A stretch of 63,814 bases of DNA, counting the filler, from Octopus bimaculoides (taxonomy: Eukaryota), in assembly GCF_001194135.2 (NCBI RefSeq). It is 5 parts of 4 records of this genome, joined end to end, with 100 filler letters (N's around TTAATTAATTAA, not from the genome) between each part and the next. Parts side by side here need not be neighbours in the genome. Positions count along the whole stretch, not along the records: positions 50,323 to 60,725 come from NC_068985.1; positions 60,826 to 63,814 come from NW_026399090.1; 3 more parts are not named here. One strand, 5' to 3'. This document shows, piece after piece, positions 52,751-63,814 of the stretch. Each line of letters begins with the position of its first letter. Position 1 is the first letter of the stretch. Position numbers and translations under genes: made by a program. The notes under the pieces are model-generated. The model was given only the letters and a program-made list of their open reading frames with translations, had not been told where the DNA came from and did no database searches.

Positions 52751-54338
52751 NNNNNNNNNNAACAACCAGACAAATCTCACCGCAAGTCAGACGTAAACTG
52801 CAGTCTGAGAAGACAATGTTGCGCATATCTGCAGAAACCAAGAAGGGCATTTGGCAATGCAGAAAAACTTTTGCAAGAAACTTTGGCATAAGCATTTTGG
52901 GAAAAGTAAGTGTCTATGAAATAGTTTTGTGTTTATATTTTTGTATATTTTAATGACTTTAGTCAATAAAAAAAAAAAACAAATTTGACCTTGGTCGAAT
53001 TGTGATGCAATAAATCGCTACAGTAAAGCAACAAGTTCAGTTTTCTACTATATTGGTCACGTCTAAAAGCAATCGTCTTTCAAAATATTTGTTAACATTG
53101 AATATACAGAAAAATTTTACGACAGAAGAAAACGAACACGACAATCAACTAACTAGTAAAACGCTCGCTCACACAAATAAACAGAATAAACACACAGTTT
53201 ACTCCCCCTCCCCTTCTCTAGCTTCTTTCTCTATTCTGTCCTACCTTTATTCCAAGTACTTCCATGTCGCTCAGTGATTTCGCCCTCTCTTTCTCTCTCA
53301 CGGCTCCTCCAATTCTATTTCTCTCCTCGCCTTTCTCTCACGTAAGTTTCAACCTGCTCTGATCATTTTATGAACCTGGCAACGGCCTGTTTTTAAGACG
53401 ACCGTACCTGTAGCTACCTGTAGCACGTCGAGCAATGGTGTAGATGAACCTCATTAGTTTGTATATATATATATATNNNNNNNNNNNNNNNNNNNNNNNN
53501 NNNNNNNNNNNNNNNNNNNNNNNNNNNNNNNNNNNNNNNNNNNNNNNNNNNNNNNNNNNNNNNNNNNNNNNNNNNNNNNNNNNNNNNNNNNNNNNNNNNN
53601 NNNNNNNNNNNNNNNNNNNNNNNNNNNNNNNNNNNNNNNNNNNNNNNNNNNNNNNNNNNNNNNNNNNNNNNNNNNNNNNNNNNNNNNNNNNNNNNNNNNN
53701 NNNNNNNNNNNNNNNNNNNNNNNNNNNNNNNNNNNNNNNNNNNNNNNNNNNNNNNNNNNNNNNNNNNNNNNNNNNNNNNNNNNNNNNNNNNNNNNNNNNN
53801 NNNNNNNNNNNNNNNNNNNNNNNNNNNNNNNNNNNNNNNNNNNNNNNNNNNNNNNNNNNNNNNNNNNNNNNNNNNNNNNNNNNNNNNNNNNNNNNNNNNN
53901 NNNNNNNNNNNNNNNNNNNNNNNNNNNNNNNNNNNNNNNNNNNNNNNNNNNNNNNNNNNNNNNNNNNNNNNNNNNNNNNNNNNNNNNNNNNNNNNNNNNN
54001 NNNNNNNNNNNNNNNNNNNNNNNNNNNNNNNNNNNNNNNNNNNNNNNNNNNNNNNNNNNNNNNNNNNNNNNCTATATATATATATTTAAAAACGAAGTTA
54101 AACATTCTTGTGTACGTGAAAAAGTTTCACTAAAAAATGAGGTTACACCGAATCTTTTCACACCTTTCTGATTATAATTTTATCAAAATTATTTTATGTG
54201 GCTTGTTTTTTATATCTCATAAAGGTGACAAATCAATTTTATGTCTTATAAAAGAGTTAAAATATAATACGATAAAAAAAAACTGCACTAAGTTAAAAGA
54301 AAATAGGAATAGAACCGAGAGAGTGGGAGGGGAGAAAA

Positions 54339-54376
<38 letters not shown>

Positions 54377-54730
54377 AAGAAGGAGGTGGAGACAAGCAGG
54401 CACTAGCTGGGTAAAATAACAAAAACGAGTTCATTTTAAACTACAATATAACATTGTATTCGAGTGAAATTATGATTTCTAACTGACGCAAAAAGAATAC
54501 GGATGGAACAGTCGATTATATCATACCACCGACCTTAAATATAATAGACTGTTCTGTCTGTATACATATTTTATCGGCGTCGAGAGATAAAATGAAAACC
54601 TGCTTCGGTGCGATTTGAACTCGGAACGGAAAGACCCACTAAATATGCAAGGTATTTTGTCATGCGACCTCGATCCTGCCACCCGAAATACTGTAATGAA
54701 AATGAAAATAATGATACGATTTCCACCTAC

Positions 54731-54941
54731 CTCCAGGTAAATATTGCCACAACGTACCAATGACAGGTACATTTCGTGGACCTGGTACATCTTCGAACTG
54801 TTTCGGTTTTGTATTATCTTTTACCAAAGGACACAAATTTGGTTTTCTTTCTGTTAAAACTGTGGACACCTCTCTGGTATTGTCTTTATTACATCGTCTT
54901 AAAGGGTTCCATAACTGGCGAGATGACTTCATCACCGACAT
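54731..54941 (-). CDS. First coding exon of a mitochondrial-clan cytochrome P450 (CYP27/CYP44/CYP49/CYP301-like N-terminus)
   Basis: Translates MSVMKSSRQLWNPLRRCNKDNTREVSTVLTERKPNLCPLVKDNTKPKQFEDVPGPRNVPVIGTLWQYLPG. A basic, Ser-rich presequence-like start is followed by the K-x-F-E-D-V-P-G-P...P-V-I-G-T-L-W proline hinge typical of mitochondrial CYPs. Donor GGAG|GTAGGT at 54731/54730 (phase 1). Acceptor tctctctttgattatag| lies 7 nt upstream of the ATG (exon starts 54948), implying an upstream exon. Subfamily not determinable. Confidence 0.8.
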
Positions 54942-55983
54942 GTTGGCCCTATAATCAAAGAGAGACGAACGAACACATTGGATTTTTGGCTCATAGCAAT
55001 AAGAGATAAAAATAAAATGCTTGAATTGTGTAAGAAAATAAGCACAGAAACAAAATATCTTGTAGTACGTGTGGCTTACGTGCTTGTTTCGATGAATGAG
55101 TTTTCCAGATTGCGATCAATAAACCTGCTGACTTGTATAGCAGTGCATGTAGCTGGGTGTTGTACTTTTAATATAATGTCACACAAAAGTTATTATACAA
55201 TCGCTAGACTTGCTAGAAACGTCAACCAAATCTTACTCAGATCACAACTACAACCTCAAATAATCTTTTCTACTCTAGGCAAAAGGCCCGAAATTTTTGG
55301 GGAAGGGGGGGCCCAGACGATTAGATCGACCTCAGTAGGCAACTGGTACTTAATTTATTGACCCCCCAAAAAATGAAAAGCAAAGTCTACCTCGGCGGAA
55401 TAATTACATGCTGCTACGTTGAAGTCACTACAGCATATGAAATCAAAGCAAAGAATATACCTCTAATTCAAATATGGAAGTGGGCTGGTATACAATCAGC
55501 CAATCAAAATTGTAGGCAGTTTAATAGGAATGCTCAAAGAGTTGACATCATAGGATGGGTGTGTCTATTAGCGAAATTACCTCTGCACATAGAGAGGGGA
55601 CTTTCTACGACAGATTACACAGAAAAGAAAAGGAGCTCAGAGTCATTAATTGTACCATTCCACGTAATATCAGATATTAGCATCAGGATACTGTTGTGTA
55701 CAAAACTTGGCATCAACGAACTAAATGAGACTGAGAAAATGCTTTGATGTTTACCGACAAGAGTGCAATAACTAAGGAGGTTGTATACTGCAATACTTTC
55801 TCTTTTGTGTGTCATATCATATTTCATACACAATTCTGTAAGACAATCGCTCGAAGCTACGTTCCTAATCTTAGCATACAATATTTTCAGTTTAATTATT
55901 TCAGAATAGAAAGTGAATAAACAATAGCTGTACAAGAGAGAAAATATCAAATTAATATACGGAGAATTAGGAAAACTGGCAAC

Positions 55984-56095
55984 ATGTATGTATGTATGTA
56001 TGTATGTATGTATGTATGTATGTATGTATGTATGTATGCATGTATGTGTGTGTGTATGTATGTATGTATGTATGTATGTATGTATGCATGTATGT
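55984..56095. repeat. (TATG)n tetranucleotide array
   Basis: Direct reading; further arrays at about 56210-56245, 56400-56510 and 56643-56675. Confidence 0.95.
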
Positions 56096-56206
56096 CATTA
56101 TTTAGTCTATTTTAAGATTTCATGCCAATAGAGAAAACAGCCGGTTTCTAACTTAGATCCAAGGCTCCCTCATTGGAATTTCAACATCAACAACGGGGTA
56201 TTTTTG

Positions 56207-56240
<34 letters not shown>

Positions 56241-56733
56241 TGTGCAGATTTGTATGTTTTTTGTATGTATTCTCATGCATATAGTTGCATATCTAGACAT
56301 ACTCATATATATTTAAATGATACACTTTTGGAAAGTTTTACAACTTTTTACAGTTCCAGTGATGGATTGGATCTGTAGGCTTCGATGTATGCATGTATAT
56401 ATGTATGCGTATGCATGTATTTATGTATGTATGTATGTGTGTATGTATGTATGTATGTATGGATGGATGGATGGGTGTATGTATGTATGTATGTATGTAT
56501 GTATGTATGTGATAGACCAGTGGATGCCATCAAAGTGATTCTGGAGTAAAATATACGAATCCCAGTATACCCACCATGACTACCCATCTGATAAGGGTAC
56601 ACCAGGTAATGTATGATGTGTGAGCCTGTGCATGAGCGTGCGTATGTATGTATGTATGTATGTATGTATGTATGTATAAATGTGCGTGTAAGAGAGAGAA
56701 GGAGAGACAGACAGAAAGAGAAAGAGAGAGGGA

Positions 56734-56787
<54 letters not shown>

Positions 56788-57637
56788 CTATGATAAACAC
56801 AAGTTTACATTATTCGGTCCCTGCGTACGTTTCACCGTTGTGGTTGTTTGAACTCCTTGCATTGGATATTCCTCGTACAGTTGGAGCTTAATCACAGCAC
56901 TGGATGTATTGGCGATGATAATCTTCGTTGGGCACTAAACTCAACAACAGCAGTAACGAGATAGAGAAAGAGAGCGAGAGACCGAGCGGCAGAGAGATAG
57001 ATTGGCTGACAAAGAGAGAGAGAGAAAAAGAGAGTGAGCGAACGAGAGAGACCGAGAGAGATAGTAAATGTAGAATTATGCAAAATATACTTTTCTACTC
57101 TAGTTACCAGGCCCGTAACTACACAAAATATCGCTGTGCGTTTTACTTTTGTAGGGTATTGTTACTGACATTACGATCGCTTTTTTTTCTTATTTGTTCA
57201 CAGTTCTAGGCGTATATGTTGATTACTGCCATCAATCATAAACTCCAGTCTTTTATATGAAACAAGATTTCTACTGGCTATTGTGTTATACAAAATATTT
57301 TTAAATATCAACTGACCTAAATTTGAAATATACGTGTGACTAAACATGACATCTCATTTCATGCAAAAAAATTCAATAAAACTTACAACTTAATTCCTTT
57401 ACTTATTTATTTTCTCTTATTTGTTTCTCTTATATCGGACTGTGGCTATACTGGAGCGTGTTCGACTAATCCCTTCAAGGAATTAGTCAAACATGTAGAC
57501 ATAAATACATACATACATACATACATACATACATACACATACATATATAGTAATAATTTTATAGTTGGGTAGATAACTTATAGTATGCTGTTTAAAGCCT
57601 GTCCACATTATTTGGCTACCTAATGTCAACAACAGTA

Positions 57638-57739
57638 GTCACTTGAGGAGACGCATCTGCACCCGTAATGCCTGAAGCATCTCACCCGTAAGGTACGAGT
57701 GCACAATGAGCCGAAACGATTGTAGTGATTCTGAATAAA
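57638..57739 (+). ncRNA. Degenerate type I minimal hammerhead ribozyme, Penelope pLTR-like
   Basis: Stem I GTCAC (57638-42) with GTGAT (57725-29); core TTGAGGA (57643-49, C3U variant); stem II containing TGCACCCGTA/TACGAGTGCA (9/10 pairs); GAAA 57713-16; stem III AC-GATT-GT; cleavage triplet GTA (57722-24); AATAAA at 57734-39. Confidence 0.5.
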
Positions 57740-57957
57740 CGGTCTTACGAATTCCACTTTCCGACTATCTTCTTATATATATATATATATATATATNNNN
57801 NNNNNNNNNNNNNNNNNNNNNNNNNNNNNNNNNNNNNNNNNNNNNNNNNNNNNNNNNNNNNNNNNNNNNNNNNNNNNNNNNNNNNNNNNNNNNNNNNNNN
57901 NNNNNNNNNNNNNNNNNNNNNNNNNNNNNNNNNNNNNNNNNNNNNNNNNNNNNNNNN

Positions 57958-58010
<53 letters not shown>

Positions 58011-58158
58011 GTATGCATGCATACACATACACACATTCATATAATATGTATTTTACTATAACACTGAGCTGACAGTATGGTAAAACAATCATTAAGTGTC
58101 ATTTGTGGGTAGCATATTGCAGGTATGTTGTATTTGTGTGTGTGTGTGTGTGTATACG

Positions 58159-58193
<35 letters not shown>

Positions 58194-58344
58194 TCGCACA
58201 CATATGTAGATAGATACGAAATCCAATATAAACCGTAGATCGGATTCAGGATTGGTTCCAGGTGTGGCGCATGTATTTAAAGAACATAAGTGGTGTTTAA
58301 AATTTACAACAGCTGTGTTAAATTTTCGATCCCTCTTGTGTTCT

Positions 58345-58417
<73 letters not shown>

Positions 58418-59454
58418 TGTGTGTGAGTGTGTGTGTTTGTGTGTGCGCGTTTGTGTGTGTGTATATATATGTGCATATGTGTGTGTATGTGTGTGTTTAT
58501 GTGTTTGTGTGTGCGTATTTGTGTGTGTCTGTGTGTACATATATATATATGTATATGTGTGTGTGTGTGTGTGTACATATATATATATATGTATATGTGT
58601 ATGTGTATGTTTGTGTGTGTGTGGAGAGAGAGAGAGAGAGAGAGAAAATAGAGAGAGCGTGTGAAAGAAAAACAGGGATACGTGCACACATGCAACATCA
58701 CCCCCCACACACACACACACACACACCCAGGGAGTGTGTGGGATTGATGAGATGGTGGAGAGAGAATTAGGGAACAGGGTGTGGAAGAGACCGGGAAATT
58801 TGTCGAACCTGACAGTAATGTCCAAAGGAACTGAAGCATAACAAACTATGATATCAGTTCTGCTTAGCGAATATATCTTATTTTTGTAATTTATTTTTAC
58901 TTCAAGATAAAAATGAGACTGATTTATGATAAAATAATAAGCTGAGAAACCTCCGGGGCTCGAAAAACATATGAGCAATAACTGTACAGCTGTTTGTTCC
59001 TCGTGCTCTTTATATTTTGTTAAAGAAGCGCGGAGATGATGTAATATAATAACCGTCGGTGTAAAGTCTCGAGTACTTTACAGTTGGGAAAGTAGAAAGT
59101 AAACAAAACGAAGTTAAAATGGCAATTTGTCAGCCATAGGTAGAATCATGTTTGTCGTTTAAGGAGTGTTTGGGCGGAAAGTTTGAAGATTGTTGTAAAC
59201 GATGAAAACAAAATAAAAGCAAAACTAAAAAATAAATAAGCAATAAAGAATTTAAACAATATTAACTGAGTTCTGTCTTGGATTTCTTTATAGATGAGAT
59301 GCCGATGATCGGTTGTATTTACAGTATTAACTATTCAAAAACGCGCCAAACTCTTCCAGAAATGGTTATCTAAAAGACAGAAAAATAATGTTTCAATTCA
59401 GTTTATTGGAGAATTCTTCTTTGACATCAGTCTTAAGTTGCAGTTAAGAGAATT

Positions 59455-59965
59455 AAAGAGAAAACAATTGAGGTAGGAGTCAAGGGCCCACAGTTTTTCA
59501 ACGTCTTGCCTCAAAACCTGTATCCTGATTATAAATTCACATGTATATCGTTAATCATTGGTGTATTTCGTTGTGGTTGTAAAGGCTTAAATAACAATAT
59601 GAAGAAGCTATTATTTTTCAGGCAAGTAATGAGACTAACGATTACGCATTTTATGGATACAATCTATAAGTGGAACAGGAAAAAATATGCAAGATTTTCC
59701 TCAAGTTCTATATGTAACAATCGTTGTTGTCGTTATGCAAATTCTAGCGATAATGTTTTTGTTTCTTTGTAAGAAACCAGCTCCCTCCTAGAAAGAATTA
59801 CAACAAATAAAAGAAGTCGTATATTACATATATACCACTAGGAGGTGTAGATGTGGATGTATTCAAAGAACGTCTAGACAGAGTTTTAGCTGGGATGCCA
59901 GATAAGCCCACATCACGGTAAGAAACGTAGAGAAAGGCAGATTTATCCAAATTATCGCTTTACCA
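59455..59965 (+). mobile_element. Decayed CR1-like LINE 3' end, interrupted by about 320 bp of unrelated sequence
   Basis: GVKGPQFFNVLPQNL (about 59475-59520) resumes as GGVDVDVFKERLDRVLAGMPDKPT (about 59842-59915), the typical CR1 C-terminal 'GP.LFN.LP...FK..LD' motif. Confidence 0.45.
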
Positions 59966-60725
59966 GAACCAAATCCAGAGCGATGGTCAGTCAGGAAGTG
60001 AGTTTGAAATAAACGAATACTCACTCTAATGGCACTGCTCCAGCATGGCCGCAACTCCTGGATGAAACCAGTAAAGAATAAAATAATCTCACCCCATGGA
60101 TTATCCTTATTTATGAAGCTCTGAAAAGCCAGGGTGCTTGGATTAGTCGTTTTATTATGATTAAGTGGCGTCTAAGTCACGTCAGACCTTCAGCGTCTCT
60201 AAATCTTTGGTTCGTGTTAACGATGGCGGATACAGTCTGGTAGGTTATTCAGGTCACCGTCTCAAAAACTCATTTACTTTATATTACTTTACAAATTAAA
60301 TTATGGCCTCAAAAGCAGAGCACTGATGAATCTTTTTCGCAGCGGGCTATGATTTACAAGAGATTTAGCAACTATTTCTAGTTGATCGATCGACTGCGAA
60401 GAAACTACTTCGTCTGATGCTCTCTCTCTCTCTCTTTGCGCACACACATAAACACACACACATAGAACATGTATACACAAACATAAATACTTGAAGAGGA
60501 TATGTACAAAAAGTACATGAAATAAGTATTAGGGAGGTGGGTTTTATTAAAGAAAGAAGGAAAGGGAATCGGGTTGAGGAACTTCAAGTTTAAAATATGT
60601 TATGGCTGAATGAAAACGTTTCAGAACGTCAGTTTAATAAAGGATCACACTTTACAGAAAGTTGCACAAATACATTAAAAGAAAATAAAATAAAATTTGG
60701 GGAAAAGACGTGGTTGTGTTGCAAG

Positions 60726-60825
60726 NNNNNNNNNNNNNNNNNNNNNNNNNNNNNNNNNNNNNNNNNNNNTTAATTAATTAANNNNNNNNNNNNNNNNNNN
60801 NNNNNNNNNNNNNNNNNNNNNNNNN
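60726..60825. other. Assembly spacer N44-TTAATTAATTAA-N44
   Basis: 12-mer at 60770-60781. Confidence 0.95.
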
Positions 60826-62479
60826 GAGGACCAAAGACTTGAAGTATTTCGTGTTGCAAGACAGTGTGTGAGAGAAAATCATGATGTCATGTGAGAGAAA
60901 TGTGTTTGCATGGATGATGGTACACTTGCACTAAACAAGGCTGCAAAGAAAGAGGTTTGGAGACGCCACTACGAAAGATTACTCAATAAAGAGAATGAAT
61001 GGAAGAAAGAGAGTCTGCCGAATGTCAACCCAACAGAGGGACTAGCTATCCGAATTGACAGCACCATGGTAGATAAAGCAATTAAGTGTATGAGGACAGG
61101 GAAAGCCCCCGGCCCATCACAAATCTGCAGAGATGCTCAAAATATCTGGCAGCGTCGGCTATAGCCTCGTCACCCGTATTGTTAACCAGGTGATACACAA
61201 AGGAGTCAAACCCAATGACTGGCGTAGCAGCACCATAGTCAACTGTTACAAAGGTAAAGGTGGTGCCCTAGACACAAATAATTACAGAGGTATCAAGTTG
61301 TTAGATCAGGTAATGAAAGTCACGGAGAGGGTCATAACCCAACTAATTAGGGAGCGAGTCAGTTTAGATGAGATACAGTTTCAACTGGACGTAGTTGATA
61401 GCTTCCGATATCTGGGTGACCAAGTTAGTGGCGGGGGTGGGTGCACTGAAAGGGTAGCTGCTAGAATAAGAATAGCCTGGACAAAGTTCAGAGAGCTCTT
61501 ACCTCTGTTGGCGACAAAGGGCCTCTCACTCAGAGTAAAAGGCAGACTGTATGACGCATGTGTACGAACAGCCATGCTACATGGCAGTGAAACATGGGCC
61601 ATGACTGCTGAGGACATGCATAAGCTCGCAAGGAATGCNNNNNNNNNNNNNNNNNNNNNNNNNNNNNNNNNNNNNNNNNNNNNNNNNNNNNNNNNNNNNN
61701 NNNNNNNNNNNNNNNNNNNNNNNNNNNNNNNNNNNNNNNNNNNNNNNNNNNNNNNNNNNNNNNNNNNNNNNNNNNNNNNNNNNNNNNNNNNNNNNNNNNN
61801 NNNNNNNNNNNNNNNNNNNNNNNNNNNNNNNNNNNNNNNNNNNNNNNNNNNNNNNNNNNNNNNNNNNNNNNNNNNNNNNNNNNNNNNNNNNNNNNNNNNN
61901 NNNNNNNNNNNNNNNNNNNNNNNNNNNNNNNNNNNNNNNNNNNNNNNNNNNNNNNNAACGTCTCTTTCATTGAACACTAAACTCAGCTTGTGAAGACCTG
62001 TTGGGGCAAGCGAAAGGGAAATCGTGATGGTACCTGTACCAGTGGAGCACTAAGAGTGTGATCGTTGCCAGAGCGGCTGTCCGGCTTCCATGCCGATGGC
62101 ACATAAATAGCACCATTTGAGCGTGATCGTTACCAACGTCGCCTTCCTGGCACTTGTGCCAGTGACACGTGAAAAGACATTAAAGCGAGATCGTTGCCAG
62201 CGCTGTTGGACTGGCTGCTGTGCAGGTGGCACGTAAAATACACTATTTCGAGCGTGGCCATTGCCAGTACCTCCAGACTGGCCTTCGTGCCGGTGGCATA
62301 TAAAAGTACCCACTACACTTTCGGAGTGGTTGGCGTTAGGAAGGGCATCCAGCTGTAGAAACTCTACCAAATCAGATTGGAGCCTGGTGTAGCCATCTGG
62401 TTCACCAGTCCTCAGTCAAATCGTCCAACCCATGCTAGCATGGAAAGCGGACATTAAACGATGATGATGATGATGATGA
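60826..62479 (+). mobile_element. RTE-clade LINE, 5'-truncated, frameshifted and internally deleted, with 3' UTR and (GAT)n tail
   Basis: ORFs 60910-61164 (KAIKCMRTGKAPGPS) and 61133-61638 (NDWRSSTIVNCYKGKG...NYRGIKLLDQVMKV; FRYLGD; YDACVRTAMLHGSETW) are RTE ORF2 motifs. After an N gap the 3' UTR ends ...GGAAGGGCATCCAG...GCATGGAAAGCGGACATTAAAC(GAT)n. Confidence 0.85.
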
Positions 62480-62947
62480 TACATACCCTATTGTTTAATT
62501 TAATTAACCATAACCAAGTTCTCAAAGTTGGTATATTCGGTGCAGTAACATTTTTCTGCGGAGATATTTCTGGATTTAGCGCGCAAAAATGAAGACTTTT
62601 GAATCTTACCATAAATTTTATAGAACCGTATACACGTGCTCCACTTGTGGCATACAAATAGTATGTGATCCTGTAAATTATATTTATCCAACGGTCTGTA
62701 CTGATGAGAAACAGATATTTTCGGTAAGAAAGTATTAATTTCAAAACGTGTTTACAGATAATTGTATTTTTTATGTAATTTTCACTTGTCTTGCCCGTTT
62801 ACATTTTTGCTACTTCGCTAAATTCCCTTTGAGAATTATTCGGTCTTAGTAGACACATGACATGTGATCTTCTTTTAGCACATTAGCAGTCAACCTAGTG
62901 GCCTCCTTTATATATATATATATACACATACATTTATGCATTTATAT

Positions 62948-62995
<48 letters not shown>

Positions 62996-63042
62996 NNNNN
63001 NNNNNNNNNNNNNNNNNNNNNNNNNNNNNNNNNNNNNNNNNN

Positions 63043-63090
<48 letters not shown>

Positions 63091-63814
63091 CACAGAATGG
63101 GACAAGAATGAAAAACATCCAGAAAGTTAGGTGATAAAGAAGGGGACAAAACATACAGATAGATGATACAAAGAAAACATGGACATGTCATTCGGAGTTA
63201 TCTCTCTTTAGTCGAGATCCAGATTATCTTTGCAGTTTCTGCTGGTTATTTTTGATATTGCTCCAATCTGGCCAGCCTCAAGGAAAAACTAATCTAAGAG
63301 CATTAGATTACTTGTAAGAAAGCAGCGAATGTATACAAAAACAAGGATGGAAAAAAACGAACAAAGTTACACAAATACAATAGGAATAATAATGGGACAT
63401 AACAATAGATGTCTTTCAACTACAGACGAAAAAAATTAAGCTGGCGTGTATGAAAATAAAGTCTTACAGCTGGGATACAAGATTTCACAGGCACAGGGAG
63501 AAATGAGGATGTTGCACGCACAACGGACGCCCAAAAAGAGAAAAGTCAGTCTTGGCCGAACACCGGTCACATGGGAAGAAAAGAGAGAGAGGTAGAGACA
63601 GAGGGACAAAAGAATTACGGAGGGGTGAGAAAAAAATGACAGGGACACGGTGAAGTGAAAAGTTTAGGGAGAAGAGAGGGCAAGGAAATGTGAGCGAGGG
63701 GGAATGAAAGAACGAACAGTGGGATGAACGAATAAAGGTGAAGGGGCTGATAGACAGAAATTGAGTCATACAAGATTTAAACGTACATTTATATACATAC
63801 ACGTATATTTATAT

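Noticed and set aside
39820-53454. Single gene joining the 53.4/52.8-kb exons to the 45/43/39.8-kb exons
   Set aside because: Phases are compatible, but the model crosses the artificial pad at 50223-50322.
62701-62720. CTGATGAGAAAC hammerhead-like core
   Set aside because: No stem II between the core halves and no stem I or III pairing.

Overview
AT-rich, microsatellite-dense animal genomic DNA. The repeat families (RTE 3' ends with (GAT)n tails, CORE-like and Meta-domain-like tRNA SINEs, R4/Dong-like LINEs in (TAA)n) match what I recall of octopus/coleoid cephalopod genomes; this is an inference, not a database result. Four identical 100-nt pads (N44-TTAATTAATTAA-N44) cut the window into five blocks: 1-26059, 26160-36261, 36362-50222, 50323-60725 and 60826-63814. 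CpG content of homologous SINE copies switches at about those pads, so the blocks may be unlinked scaffolds. The only confidently recognisable host coding sequence is the first coding exon of a mitochondrial-clan cytochrome P450 (minus strand, 54731-54941); I found none of its downstream exons. Several other exon-like segments are unassigned and low confidence. The rest is transposon debris (RTE, R4/Dong, CR1/L2, mariner, several SINE families), four long fold-back elements and a degenerate Penelope-type minimal hammerhead ribozyme. I found no convincing novel multi-gene system, no CRISPR array and no rRNA or true tRNA genes. All analysis was done by eye, so repeat boundaries are approximate.
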